Part shown: positions 1 through 8,727 of the stretch, one piece after another | How positions within the stretch are numbered: position 1 is the first letter of the stretch | Layout: each line of letters starts with the position of its first letter | Virus record (IMG/VR): IMGVR_UViG_3300009168_000007 | Coordinates: 534-64,533 of that record | Reading direction: 5' to 3' (one strand) | From: a virus | Taxonomy: Duplodnaviria > Caudoviricetes | Length of the DNA stretch: 64,000 nucleotides | The notes under the pieces: model-generated | Told to the model about the DNA's origin: nothing | What the model saw: the letters and a program-made list of their open reading frames with translations, nothing else | Databases searched by the model: none | Position numbers and translations under genes: made by a program

Positions 1-733
1 GAATCGATCTACAAAGAACGTGAAGGGGAGGTGACGGTAAATCTGCTAGTTTCTTGGCGATCGTTCCGTCATAATTGGCGCAAATTAGGGTCGTGCGGAT
101 ATCAAGTGTTGCTACGAATATGAAGTCTTCGATAATATCCGCATTCTCCTCATAGACCTCATCACGCGCCTTACTTGACACATGGTTGAAGGTCGTTCTT
201 GCAATCATAAGGGCGCCTTTTCGGCCTATACCCTCTATGTTACGTAAACGTGTCACAGCTTGCGGGACGGTCTCAGCAAGAATCACGGATTGAGCCATCT
301 CATTTGTGATTCTATGTTTTACTGACGCAAGATTATTATCGATAAAATCTGTGACCGTTCCTCCCGGTAAAGGATCCGACATGATCACGCCGATTTGGCG
401 TGCCGGTAGGGTGTAGGGTGTGTCGGCAAGGTCTTCTTTCTTTAGCGACATGAACTGTCGTTTCATGCCATTATATTCCGATTGAATAACCTTGGCCGAT
501 TGTTCATCGATAATATCGGAGTATTTCTTTGTAGTCTCAGCAAGAACACCGGTCAATTCAAGTTGGGCACGTTCGTATCGCATGCGAGAGAATGAGCCGC
601 TCGTCTCCGCTACCCTATTCGTGACAGAGGACAGGGCGTCTTGTAGTTGTTTGAATAAATCTTGAGACATCCCATTGGCGGCCGATTCGACCGCTAACGT
701 GCGCCTCAAAATATACTCTTCCAACTTGGTCAT
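1..733 (-). CDS. MuF / SPP1 gp7-like head morphogenesis protein, N-terminal part (runs off left edge)
   Basis: Not in ORF track; manual translation from ATG at 733 gives MTKLEEYILRR...IARTTFNHV...VATLDIRTTLICANYDG...PPLHVLCRSI, with the MuF signatures ATLDxRT..C and PPxHxxCRS; open to position 1. Confidence 0.9.
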   Translation of the reverse strand, partial: MTKLEEYILRRTLAVESAANGMSQDLFKQLQDALSSVTNRVAETSGSFSRMRYERAQLELTGVLAETTKKYSDIIDEQSAKVIQSEYNGMKRQFMSLKKEDLADTPYTLPARQIGVIMSDPLPGGTVTDFIDNNLASVKHRITNEMAQSVILAETVPQAVTRLRNIEGIGRKGALMIARTTFNHVSSKARDEVYEENADIIEDFIFVATLDIRTTLICANYDGTIAKKLADLPSPPLHVLCRSI

Positions 734-736
734 AGT

Positions 737-1279
737 TTACCTTACAAACTCGAATGTTCCACCATGTCTCGCATCGTCCGATAACCAGGGGCGCAAGAGC
801 GCTTCGACCGCGGCGAGGGATCCCCCAGCCGCCTGCTCAAGTAACTCAGTATCGATTGTCTTAGATAATCCAAATTCTAAGTCCACAGTCTGATACACCC
901 CAATACTTTTGACCTGCTTCGCAGACCCCGATTGACCCGTAGTAGTATCCTGGTCGAGGTATTGCGCTTTAATCATCTCGAATTGTGCATACTTTATCTT
1001 ACAATGAATGATCGTGGTATCCACGTCATTGAGTCGAGGAAATTCGCGTGCTTGTTCGTCGACACCGTAATAAGGACCACGCAACTTTGTACTTATTAAT
1101 GGGTATCGGTCGATAGCTCTCGCGGCCGAGACTATTCTTTGAATCTTTATAGCTTCCGTAAATGCCGTCCAAATGGGGTTGAATTGTACATCGGCGAGAA
1201 AATAATCATCCGCCTCCGCCAAGGTCCCATAACTATTAGCATTTACCCCAGCCACAGTTGTATCAAGCGATAGGACCAT
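737..1279 (-). CDS. head-tail adaptor/connector-like protein
   Basis: N-terminal ANSYGTLAEADDYF and QAREFPR motifs typical of siphovirus adaptor proteins; position after capsid genes. Confidence 0.7.
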   Translation of the reverse strand: MVLSLDTTVAGVNANSYGTLAEADDYFLADVQFNPIWTAFTEAIKIQRIVSAARAIDRYPLISTKLRGPYYGVDEQAREFPRLNDVDTTIIHCKIKYAQFEMIKAQYLDQDTTTGQSGSAKQVKSIGVYQTVDLEFGLSKTIDTELLEQAAGGSLAAVEALLRPWLSDDARHGGTFEFVR

Positions 1280-1622
1280 TTTTCATCGCCTCCTCTTGAT
1301 CACGATAATCTTTTACCATTGACATGTGGAACCGGCAAATATCATAACGATGACTAAACGCTTCTTCTAATCTTGCCACCGTTACGCCCTGGTGGCGTTG
1401 CTCATCGGCGATACTTTCTATTTTCTTTATCAGCCCGTTCGATATTTGTAATTGCATGTTAGAAACCTGTATCGTCACCGACTTTTCAAGGCCGTCTACC
1501 TTCGTCGATAATTTACCGAAAGTGAAGGATATGATTGCAACATTAATCAATACAGTTAGAAATAATACGCACAAACTTATAATGATCGGGATAATACTAA
1601 ATGTATTTACAGCTTGTTCCAT
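1263..1622 (-). CDS. membrane protein (N-terminal TM + coiled coil), possibly holin-like
   Basis: Hydrophobic stretch IIPIIISLCVLFLTVLINVAII followed by heptad-like charged region. Confidence 0.5.
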   Translation of the reverse strand: MEQAVNTFSIIPIIISLCVLFLTVLINVAIISFTFGKLSTKVDGLEKSVTIQVSNMQLQISNGLIKKIESIADEQRHQGVTVARLEEAFSHRYDICRFHMSMVKDYRDQEEAMKNGPIA

Positions 1623-2484
1623 TAAATACTCCCATGCCAGCCAAAAGGTTAATAGTTAACCCTGACCGAATTTCATCCGGACTCCATTGAGTATACGCGA
1701 CTCTGTTCAAGAAATCTTGAACAATTGTTTTATTAATTTGTATTGAATCTGTTAACCCACTATAATCGGATTGACAACAAGAAGCATACGGGGCCTCTTT
1801 ATCACAAAATACCGGTACCCCCGCGATCATGGCTTCAAACGCGATCCCGGACGAGTGAGTTACGACCGCTCTCGCATGCGTAACCGCTTCCATAGCCGTA
1901 TTATGTATAACTTGTACGTGATGACATGATAATTGATAAAGGTCCGCCGTTCCCGGATGCGGTTTCCATACGATCGGTTTACTCGTATATTCACGAATTT
2001 TACGAATTTGGTGTACCGCCCACGCCTCGACGTTCTCGAAACCCTTAGGTGGGTAGACTGAGCCCGCGAGCAATATATAATTTTCTTGCTTACGAGGAAC
2101 ACTTTCGGCGATAAGGCCAATTTCCTCAGCCCTATCAGGAGGGCATTCCTGCTCCATAAATTTATAACGATCGGTAACGAAGATAGTCCTGTACGATCTA
2201 TTGACCGGCCAGTATGAATCATCAAGGATGAACCGGCAACATTCGTGGGACGCGAGAACCTCTGAGTGACGTGGGTATGAACCGTTCACTACAACCGCGT
2301 CGCATACCTCTTTTCGACCGCTGGGGAACGACTTCAGGTCGATCCAGTCGATTGAGCAACCATGACAAATACACCCCGCCGCGAACAATTGTAGCGTGTC
2401 GGTATTACGGGCTTCTTCAGAACTCAATCCAAGGAGACTACTAGTAGGTTTTACGAGTTGGCGACCATACAGAACTATCTTCAT
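1597..2484 (-). CDS. capsule-polysaccharide-type (KpsS/KpsC-like, GT-B) glycosyltransferase-like protein
   Basis: IVWKPHP and AVVTHSSGIAFEAMIAGVPVF motifs, C-terminal AYTQWSPDEI. Confidence 0.65.
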   Translation of the reverse strand: MKIVLYGRQLVKPTSSLLGLSSEEARNTDTLQLFAAGCICHGCSIDWIDLKSFPSGRKEVCDAVVVNGSYPRHSEVLASHECCRFILDDSYWPVNRSYRTIFVTDRYKFMEQECPPDRAEEIGLIAESVPRKQENYILLAGSVYPPKGFENVEAWAVHQIRKIREYTSKPIVWKPHPGTADLYQLSCHHVQVIHNTAMEAVTHARAVVTHSSGIAFEAMIAGVPVFCDKEAPYASCCQSDYSGLTDSIQINKTIVQDFLNRVAYTQWSPDEIRSGLTINLLAGMGVFNGTSCKYI

Positions 2485-2535
2485 TTTACCTTACCAATTG
2501 TGTTTGATCTATAAGACTAATTTGAGTGTAGCTTC

Positions 2536-3045
2536 TCACTCAGGAGGTTCTTCATATCTGATGAACAGCTTAATGTCGTATCCCGGGGTCACGGTCGATA
2601 CAAGATCGGCACGAAGTACCCCTAATCCCTTGGCGTCTATAGGTCCGATGATCCCGACTCGATCGATCACGGCCTGAGGGATACGTAACGGTAATAATGT
2701 ATCAGGAGGTTGATTAATCGAAGCCCCGCCATTTAACGTTACGTACATTCCGCTGGGGAACATGGTCCCGTTATTTGCCGCTACCGTCGGCGTGGTCGTA
2801 TTGATTACACTAATAAATATTTTCGGTGAACCTTTAATTTCAAACGACGCACCTTCGATATTCGTACCGCCAATCCCGGTAAAAGTCGTCGTAGTTTCAC
2901 TGATTTTAAATACACCCGTGAAATCGGACGAGGCCCGAATCTCAGATGTTGCGGTTACAGTCGCGGGGCTCGCGAACGTATTGGCCGATAACAAAGTTAA
3001 TACGGCCATGATCATACATACAATAAAAACACGAAATTTCTTCAT
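2536..3045 (-). CDS. hypothetical beta-rich protein with predicted Sec signal peptide
   Basis: MKKFRVFIVCMIMAVLTLLSANTFA-S: basic n-region, hydrophobic core, cleavage-like site; AAGGAG RBS upstream. Confidence 0.7.
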   Translation of the reverse strand: MKKFRVFIVCMIMAVLTLLSANTFASPATVTATSEIRASSDFTGVFKISETTTTFTGIGGTNIEGASFEIKGSPKIFISVINTTTPTVAANNGTMFPSGMYVTLNGGASINQPPDTLLPLRIPQAVIDRVGIIGPIDAKGLGVLRADLVSTVTPGYDIKLFIRYEEPPE

Positions 3046-3074
3046 CGACTTACTCCTTTTAGGAGAGATAATTT

Positions 3075-3470
3075 TTATTCCGCCTGGTTGGCGGCAAAAA
3101 TGTCTTTACATGCTTGCACGGTATCCGACTTCGACTTTTTACGGTCAAGTTCGATACCGTGGGTGTCCTGCGCCCAAGCGAAACACTCGTCCTTGGTCAT
3201 GGACCCAAAATTGGGCATGTCTAATGACTCAGTTTCCTCGACTTCTTCAACAGGACTGGGACCAACCGATTGACTATTAAATTGTTGGTCCATGATCGAT
3301 TGTTCCTTTATCTCAACGGCTCTCCCGGGAGTAATCAGCATATTGGCAATCGATTCGGGAACGTCGGCCAGGAGAGTTTTATTCTCCTGGACGACAAACT
3401 CGACCCCAAAATGCCGGCACTTTGTCCCGGGCGCATACTTACTTTCGTGATCTCTTAATGTTATCTTCAC
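3075..3470 (-). CDS. hypothetical protein with C-terminal HeH/Rho-N-like helical motif (probable GTG start at 3470)
   Basis: AAGGAG RBS before GTG at 3470; C-terminal MTKDECFAWAQDTHGIELDRKKSKSDTV; the longer track ORF overlaps the capsid gene. Confidence 0.6.
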   Translation of the reverse strand: MKITLRDHESKYAPGTKCRHFGVEFVVQENKTLLADVPESIANMLITPGRAVEIKEQSIMDQQFNSQSVGPSPVEEVEETESLDMPNFGSMTKDECFAWAQDTHGIELDRKKSKSDTVQACKDIFAANQAE

Positions 3471-3498
3471 GGCAATCTCCTTAGTTATCGCTTGCCGC

Positions 3499-4437
3499 TC
3501 AGTCCTGGATGCTCGGAAGTCGGGCAATACCTCTACGATTGAAGCAAGCGAAGTTTGCGTATTGGATAATGCGGTACAACATGGCGTCATAATCTTCCAT
3601 CTCACCGATGTCCTTGACTTGGATACCCGCGGGCGTGGACGAGGGGTGAATACCGGCAATACCGAGTTTTCCCGATCCGTCGTCGAATACACCAGCATAC
3701 ACGGATGTAAGATCTCCACCGACAAGAGCCGCACCGTTTGCAGTCTCTGTGATCGGCAACCAATCATTCGTGAACACGGGCACATTCATGAACATGGGGA
3801 TGATCCGGGTCGTTCCATTAGGTAACGTGATAATGTGGGTCGGAGCCGTTCCGCCAAGTTGCTCATAAAGAGTCCAAAGAGAGTTGATGGTTCTAGAGTT
3901 CATGATAATCCAGTCCACCTCACCATCCTTGGCTTTCACAAGCGAAAGTAAGTCACGTAACAATTTGAACGAAATGGGTTGTCCGTTCGACGGGGCCGTG
4001 TATTGTTCGGAATCGATCAAGGACGCAAGAGAATGCATCGCGGGCGAAGTTCCCGTGCCCGTGGCCATACCTTGCTGGAATAACCGTCCGATTTTCTTGG
4101 CCTTCTGGCTAATCTCGATCGCGGCCTGATCGACACCTGCGGAAAGCGACTGGGCTTGTACTAACCCGTCCATTTCAACGTCACCGATAATCTTTGTAGC
4201 GGTAAATGTGGCTTGTTCGTAGGTCGAGGGTGTGCGGTTAGTGATCTCGGAACCAATCGCATAAAAGTCTGCGTCACCAAGTGCTAACTCGCGATTAACC
4301 ACGATCGCCTGTCCGTCGTATCCGATGAACGGCAGATAAACGAACCACGGGTTGACCGTGATGATATCCTCGACGATCCCCGCTACGATTTCGTTATGGA
4401 TAAATTTCGCGGCTTGTACTAATGTCTGTGTAGTCAT
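3499..4437 (-). CDS. major capsid protein
   Basis: 312 aa; N-terminal TLVQAAK..EIVAGIVEDIITVNP..LPF..NRE and C-terminal GIARL pattern of HK97-fold capsid proteins; downstream of scaffold. Confidence 0.85.
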   Translation of the reverse strand: MTTQTLVQAAKFIHNEIVAGIVEDIITVNPWFVYLPFIGYDGQAIVVNRELALGDADFYAIGSEITNRTPSTYEQATFTATKIIGDVEMDGLVQAQSLSAGVDQAAIEISQKAKKIGRLFQQGMATGTGTSPAMHSLASLIDSEQYTAPSNGQPISFKLLRDLLSLVKAKDGEVDWIIMNSRTINSLWTLYEQLGGTAPTHIITLPNGTTRIIPMFMNVPVFTNDWLPITETANGAALVGGDLTSVYAGVFDDGSGKLGIAGIHPSSTPAGIQVKDIGEMEDYDAMLYRIIQYANFACFNRRGIARLPSIQD

Positions 4438-4476
4438 TTCTCACCTTTTCTCCGCGACAAAGATTATGGGTCGCGG

Positions 4477-5271
4477 TTACTTATTTAATGATTTTAACGC
4501 ACCGGTCTGAAGACCGTGTGCGATCTTTCCAACTCCATACCGTTCACCGCTAGGGGCAATCGGTATATTCGGCACGGTGATTCCACCACCTCGTGGGGGT
4601 CCACCGGCATTGTTACCAATCAAATAATGCTTGTTGCTCGGATCCGACGAAAATACCTCGATTGCTTTATCGACGGGCACGTGCTTCTTCACTTGTTTGT
4701 CGTTCTCGGTGATCTCAACCTCGAATAAGTCGAGGAACTGACCTTCGATCACCTTACCGGTTTCATCCCGCATCGGTTCACGTTTGTGGGTCTTCAACAA
4801 TTGAGGAACCACGTCACGAGAAGTATTGATAAAGATCGGTTTACCCGTCTCTTTATCCGATGACGTCGACATGATCATATTCGTGACCTGATCGACCACA
4901 CGGGCGTTCGCCAATTCCGTCACTTTTGCGGCCAACTTTTCGTTCTCAGTTTTGAGTTTCCCCATTTGAGCCGAGACTTCAGCTTCCGCCTGTCTTTTCG
5001 CGTTCACGAGTTCTTCCTCGACCTTGCTTAAACTCTCTTTTGTATTCGCCAACAATTTCTCCAATTCAGGAGTTTTATTGGCCTGAGACTCAAGAGTCGC
5101 GATTTGAGTAGCATATTCTTTCTTCTGACGGTTCAGGCGGTCCTTCACCACGTCGTCGATCCTGTCCTGAGTCATGATCCCCGTCGCTTGAACGGGCTCA
5201 TCATCGATCATGAACCTTTGTCCATCTTCCTTCAGCAAGTAACCTTCATTATCGATCTTAAATTTAGGCAT
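4477..5271 (-). CDS. capsid scaffolding protein
   Basis: TQDRIDDVVKDRLNR motif, long coiled coil, Gly-rich C-terminus; immediately upstream of capsid gene. Confidence 0.75.
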   Translation of the reverse strand: MPKFKIDNEGYLLKEDGQRFMIDDEPVQATGIMTQDRIDDVVKDRLNRQKKEYATQIATLESQANKTPELEKLLANTKESLSKVEEELVNAKRQAEAEVSAQMGKLKTENEKLAAKVTELANARVVDQVTNMIMSTSSDKETGKPIFINTSRDVVPQLLKTHKREPMRDETGKVIEGQFLDLFEVEITENDKQVKKHVPVDKAIEVFSSDPSNKHYLIGNNAGGPPRGGGITVPNIPIAPSGERYGVGKIAHGLQTGALKSLNK

Positions 5272-5515
5272 TTTGTCATCTCCGAATCTTTCGTTATCCG
5301 TGGAACGTCCACGTGCGTTTTTGCTATAAAAGTTATTTCCGGCTATTCCGCTACCGTAGCGTTACAAGAGACTATTTGTGACTATTTTTTCTTAGGGAAC
5401 ACTGATTCGGTTCCCACATAAGGATAAGTCAATCCTTTCTTTCCGGTCCAATACCCTGGTTTCGGGGTATAAGTCTTCATGTTACCGACAGGTTTTCCCA
5501 TACTCATGGCTGGCA

Positions 5516-5824
5516 TTAGAGTTCCTTTCGTAATTTTATGGTCCTTATGGGGGACCACAACACTCTTGGGTTACCCTGTGGCCCCAAGGTCACAGGCGCT
5601 ACGGGTGCTATTATTTTATTTGTTCCAGGGGGCGGAGGTGGAACGGCCGTGGCGAGTTTATTCACGTGCCCCGTCGACCGCTGAATGGCCGCGATCTCAG
5701 ATTTCTGACGCTCAAGTTCCGTGTTAACACGGCCCATGAGCGCTTCATCGTGTTTGATCCGTTCGGCCTCAGCGAGGGTTCGTGCCGCTTCTCTCGCTTC
5801 CCAATCCTTATCCGATATTATCAT
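5516..5824 (-). CDS. hypothetical protein
   Basis: Open frame with GGAG RBS in late operon. Confidence 0.5.
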   Translation of the reverse strand: MIISDKDWEAREAARTLAEAERIKHDEALMGRVNTELERQKSEIAAIQRSTGHVNKLATAVPPPPPGTNKIIAPVAPVTLGPQGNPRVLWSPIRTIKLRKEL

Positions 5825-5901
5825 CTTGGCTCTCCGTTACGATCTGGAATTTGCGGATCTTGTAGCAACGTCCGAGCCACATCTTCCAGGCCACACAATA
5901 G

Positions 5902-6420
5902 TTAGATCCCTCGCTCTGGTATGTCGTGAAGTAATTCAGCGGTAGAATTTGTTTTAGGTACCACATAATTTTCGTCCCTTACGTAATGATAGAGTGTGCT
6001 CTCAAACCTTCTCACGAGGGCCTCTTCCTCATCGTCACATTGTTTTTCCGTGACGAATCGTGTATATAAGCACGAGACGAGGTCCGCGAGCAGCAAATGA
6101 ATGATCTCATGAAATGCCGTACGGTCGAGACCCCTGATGACCTCTTCCTCGGTCCTCGCGAGAGATAGATCATAACACATATTCAAGGTCAATTTAGCCG
6201 TGTGCGTATTCTTATCGCACATAATGTCCGCGATCTGGCATCCTTCGTGGTCGTTCTTGTATAAATAGAACACTTGCCATTGAAATAGGCCAAAGAACTG
6301 GTAATAGTGTAAACACCGTTGACGAAAATACTCTTTATGAGACTCAGTTAAGTCGACAATAGTTGTCTTCATATCCTCATAAAGTTTTGTCTCCATATTT
6401 GCATTATTAATATGTAACAT
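5902..6420 (-). CDS. putative zincin-type metallopeptidase
   Basis: TAFHEIIHLLL (HExxH) with downstream acidic EEE helix. Confidence 0.55.
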   Translation of the reverse strand: MLHINNANMETKLYEDMKTTIVDLTESHKEYFRQRCLHYYQFFGLFQWQVFYLYKNDHEGCQIADIMCDKNTHTAKLTLNMCYDLSLARTEEEVIRGLDRTAFHEIIHLLLADLVSCLYTRFVTEKQCDDEEEALVRRFESTLYHYVRDENYVVPKTNSTAELLHDIPERGI

Positions 6421-6563
6421 TATTTCTTACCCTTTTGGTTCCACATACCTAAACAAACGGCAATCGCTTGTTTAGAGTCCTTTGCTGTACCATCCCGAAT
6501 GACCATCGGGACACACACCTTCATGAACGACTCTTTATCCTTATAGTTGTTCGGGTTCGGCAT
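6420..6563 (-). CDS. small hypothetical protein (47 aa)
   Basis: Manual translation MPNPNNYKDKESFMKVCV...KQAIAVCLGMWNQKGKK; abuts both neighbours. Confidence 0.55.
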   Translation of the reverse strand: MPNPNNYKDKESFMKVCVPMVIRDGTAKDSKQAIAVCLGMWNQKGKK

Positions 6564-6564
6564 G

Positions 6565-7062
6565 TTATTTTATCCAAACATACACGTAATAATCTCGACG
6601 TGTCAGGGTCGCAAGAAATTGAAATTCAAGAGACATGAAGCGACCCCAGGCCCGTTGGTCAAGGTAAAAGATCCCCAGGTCAGAGATCTGGGTTATGACC
6701 GCCATGTTCCTTGAGGCGCAAAATGGAGCGGCTCTCGAGTAAAATTCCAAGGTAGTTCCCGATGCTATATTCGCGCCACTGATCGTAAGTTTTGGCATTA
6801 CAGTCATGTCCTTGAGCGGTCCGTCGATCTGATACGTCGGACTAACGGATACGATCTGAAGAGAGACGTAAGTTGCCGTGGCAATATCAATCGTAGCACT
6901 TGATACGACGGTCGCGGAAAGAGATCCGTCGGCCGTGACCGAATAGACCGTGGCGCCTGCGACTGAACCCGATATATCGATCACCCCCGCGTGGGCGCAC
7001 ACGCCCGTGTACAATAAACTAAACAGTATAGCTATAAACATCGTTCTCATCGTCATGGTCAT
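6565..7062 (-). CDS. hypothetical protein with predicted signal peptide
   Basis: RBS AAGGA before ATG 7062; MTMTMRTMFIAILFSLLYTGVCAHA-G. Confidence 0.6.
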   Translation of the reverse strand: MTMTMRTMFIAILFSLLYTGVCAHAGVIDISGSVAGATVYSVTADGSLSATVVSSATIDIATATYVSLQIVSVSPTYQIDGPLKDMTVMPKLTISGANIASGTTLEFYSRAAPFCASRNMAVITQISDLGIFYLDQRAWGRFMSLEFQFLATLTRRDYYVYVWIK

Positions 7063-7181
7063 CGTCCTTTTCCTTATCTTGTCCACGTTCCCAACATCCG
7101 TGAACGATTTCATTTATTGTCGACTTGTCAAATTGAAAGCACCATTCAATCACGGTGCTATAATACGTACATCCACCACAA

Positions 7182-8726
7182 CTACACATTTGCGTTCTCC
7201 GGTGGTGTCGGGGACGCGGGTTGTGGGACCATATCTTCCGGCACAGGATTATTCGGAGCGTTAAACCCCGTTAATCCTTCCGTCTTCAACTTCTCGTCGT
7301 CGATCGCCTGGAGAAGCTTTTCCACGTCCGTGTCGTCGGCGAGAAGTTCACCGTCGACCAACATTTGTAAGAATGTCTCGAGTGGTAGTTGATTCTTGAT
7401 GACCAATTCTGATAAAGCCTTGATCATCTCTACCTCGATCGCTGAGTCGTCAAAGTCACGATTGTATTGAACATCCGCTACTTCCCGCATTTGGGAAATG
7501 TTCACGCGTTCCGTGGGCGTGATCCACAGGTAAAAGATATACCAGCAGAACATCTCGGATTGCTCATAAAGCCACGAGGCGCTCTTAAGAGAGGTCGAGA
7601 ATATACGTCGATCTTCCTTCTGCGAATCCGCCGACTGGACTTGGGCGGTGTCCTTCTTCGCCTGCGCCAGGGCGATCGAGAATATTCTGTAACGTAAATC
7701 TCGTATCGATTCCCTAAGTGACTCGAACCCCGCTCCATTTGTTTCCAGATAACCCGCATGGGCTTGGGGTTGCTCGGGTTGGGTCATAAGATGAAAGCCC
7801 TTACCGGAAACGATCTTTGACGGTTTGACGGGGCCGATCGTGTAAGGTATCGGATGCGAAGATAACCGTTCGAACCAATCAAGATCGGAGTCCTTGTTAT
7901 AGATGAGTATGATGTGATCGATCACGGACTTAGCGACCGGCCAACCCGCAAAGTTGCTATACTTTATGCCGAAGAACGGGACCACGGGAACGACACCCGT
8001 CGGGTTAGCGCCCTGTTCCACGACTTTAAAATCGGGGTTATTTGGCCCCGAACCCTTAATCTCCTCATAAACAAACCATTGGTAGCGAGTCCAGATTTTC
8101 CATTGGGGTGTTACAATAACTTTTGAACCCCACATACCACCGCTCTCTTCATTTCGTGTTAACTTTGGGGAATAAATCACGACCCAATCGAGCATCATGT
8201 CGATATCGTTGAAACTACCGTCAAGGACCATGGATCCGTCAACCTGCTCGAAATACGGTCGATGATTTTGCGCCATATCGTCGGCTTGGGTGCGTACGAT
8301 CTCCGCCCCGTTCTCGTCATATTGAACTTGCACGGGGGTCATGGAAACTTCGACCCAGTTGATACCGTCGATCTGAGCGTCTCGTGCCACGTTGAAGAAG
8401 AATACTTCGGCCGACGTACCCCGCATATCGACGTCATCTTTGTAAACATCCAACTTTGTGGTTAAGTTTCTTGTATGTTTTTTAGCAAACAAGAGAGACT
8501 GCCTGGCTGTAACAATCTTCTCGATCCACGGGTCAATGGTAGAACGTTTGCAGCGGAACTCATAGTCCTCCTGCTCCTCGTTCTTCTCCTTGTAAAGGAA
8601 CTCCTGGACGTTGTTCTGCTCCTTTACCGACGCGGATCCCTCGTACATGATCCTGGATTTTTTGCGCAGGACCGAGGTTTTTTCATAGTCTTTACTGACT
8701 ATATGTAAATTCATTTTTTCCGGCAT
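7182..8726 (-). CDS. portal protein (DUF4055/SPP1-like)
   Basis: 514 aa directly after large terminase; EEQEDYEFR..RS, DVDMRG and GVVPVVPF motifs. Confidence 0.85.
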   Translation of the reverse strand: MPEKMNLHIVSKDYEKTSVLRKKSRIMYEGSASVKEQNNVQEFLYKEKNEEQEDYEFRCKRSTIDPWIEKIVTARQSLLFAKKHTRNLTTKLDVYKDDVDMRGTSAEVFFFNVARDAQIDGINWVEVSMTPVQVQYDENGAEIVRTQADDMAQNHRPYFEQVDGSMVLDGSFNDIDMMLDWVVIYSPKLTRNEESGGMWGSKVIVTPQWKIWTRYQWFVYEEIKGSGPNNPDFKVVEQGANPTGVVPVVPFFGIKYSNFAGWPVAKSVIDHIILIYNKDSDLDWFERLSSHPIPYTIGPVKPSKIVSGKGFHLMTQPEQPQAHAGYLETNGAGFESLRESIRDLRYRIFSIALAQAKKDTAQVQSADSQKEDRRIFSTSLKSASWLYEQSEMFCWYIFYLWITPTERVNISQMREVADVQYNRDFDDSAIEVEMIKALSELVIKNQLPLETFLQMLVDGELLADDTDVEKLLQAIDDEKLKTEGLTGFNAPNNPVPEDMVPQPASPTPPENANV

Positions 8727-8727
8727 G

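Noticed and set aside
3471-3785. N-terminal extension of ORF 3075-3785
   Set aside because: Overlaps the capsid gene in another frame; a strong RBS supports the GTG at 3470
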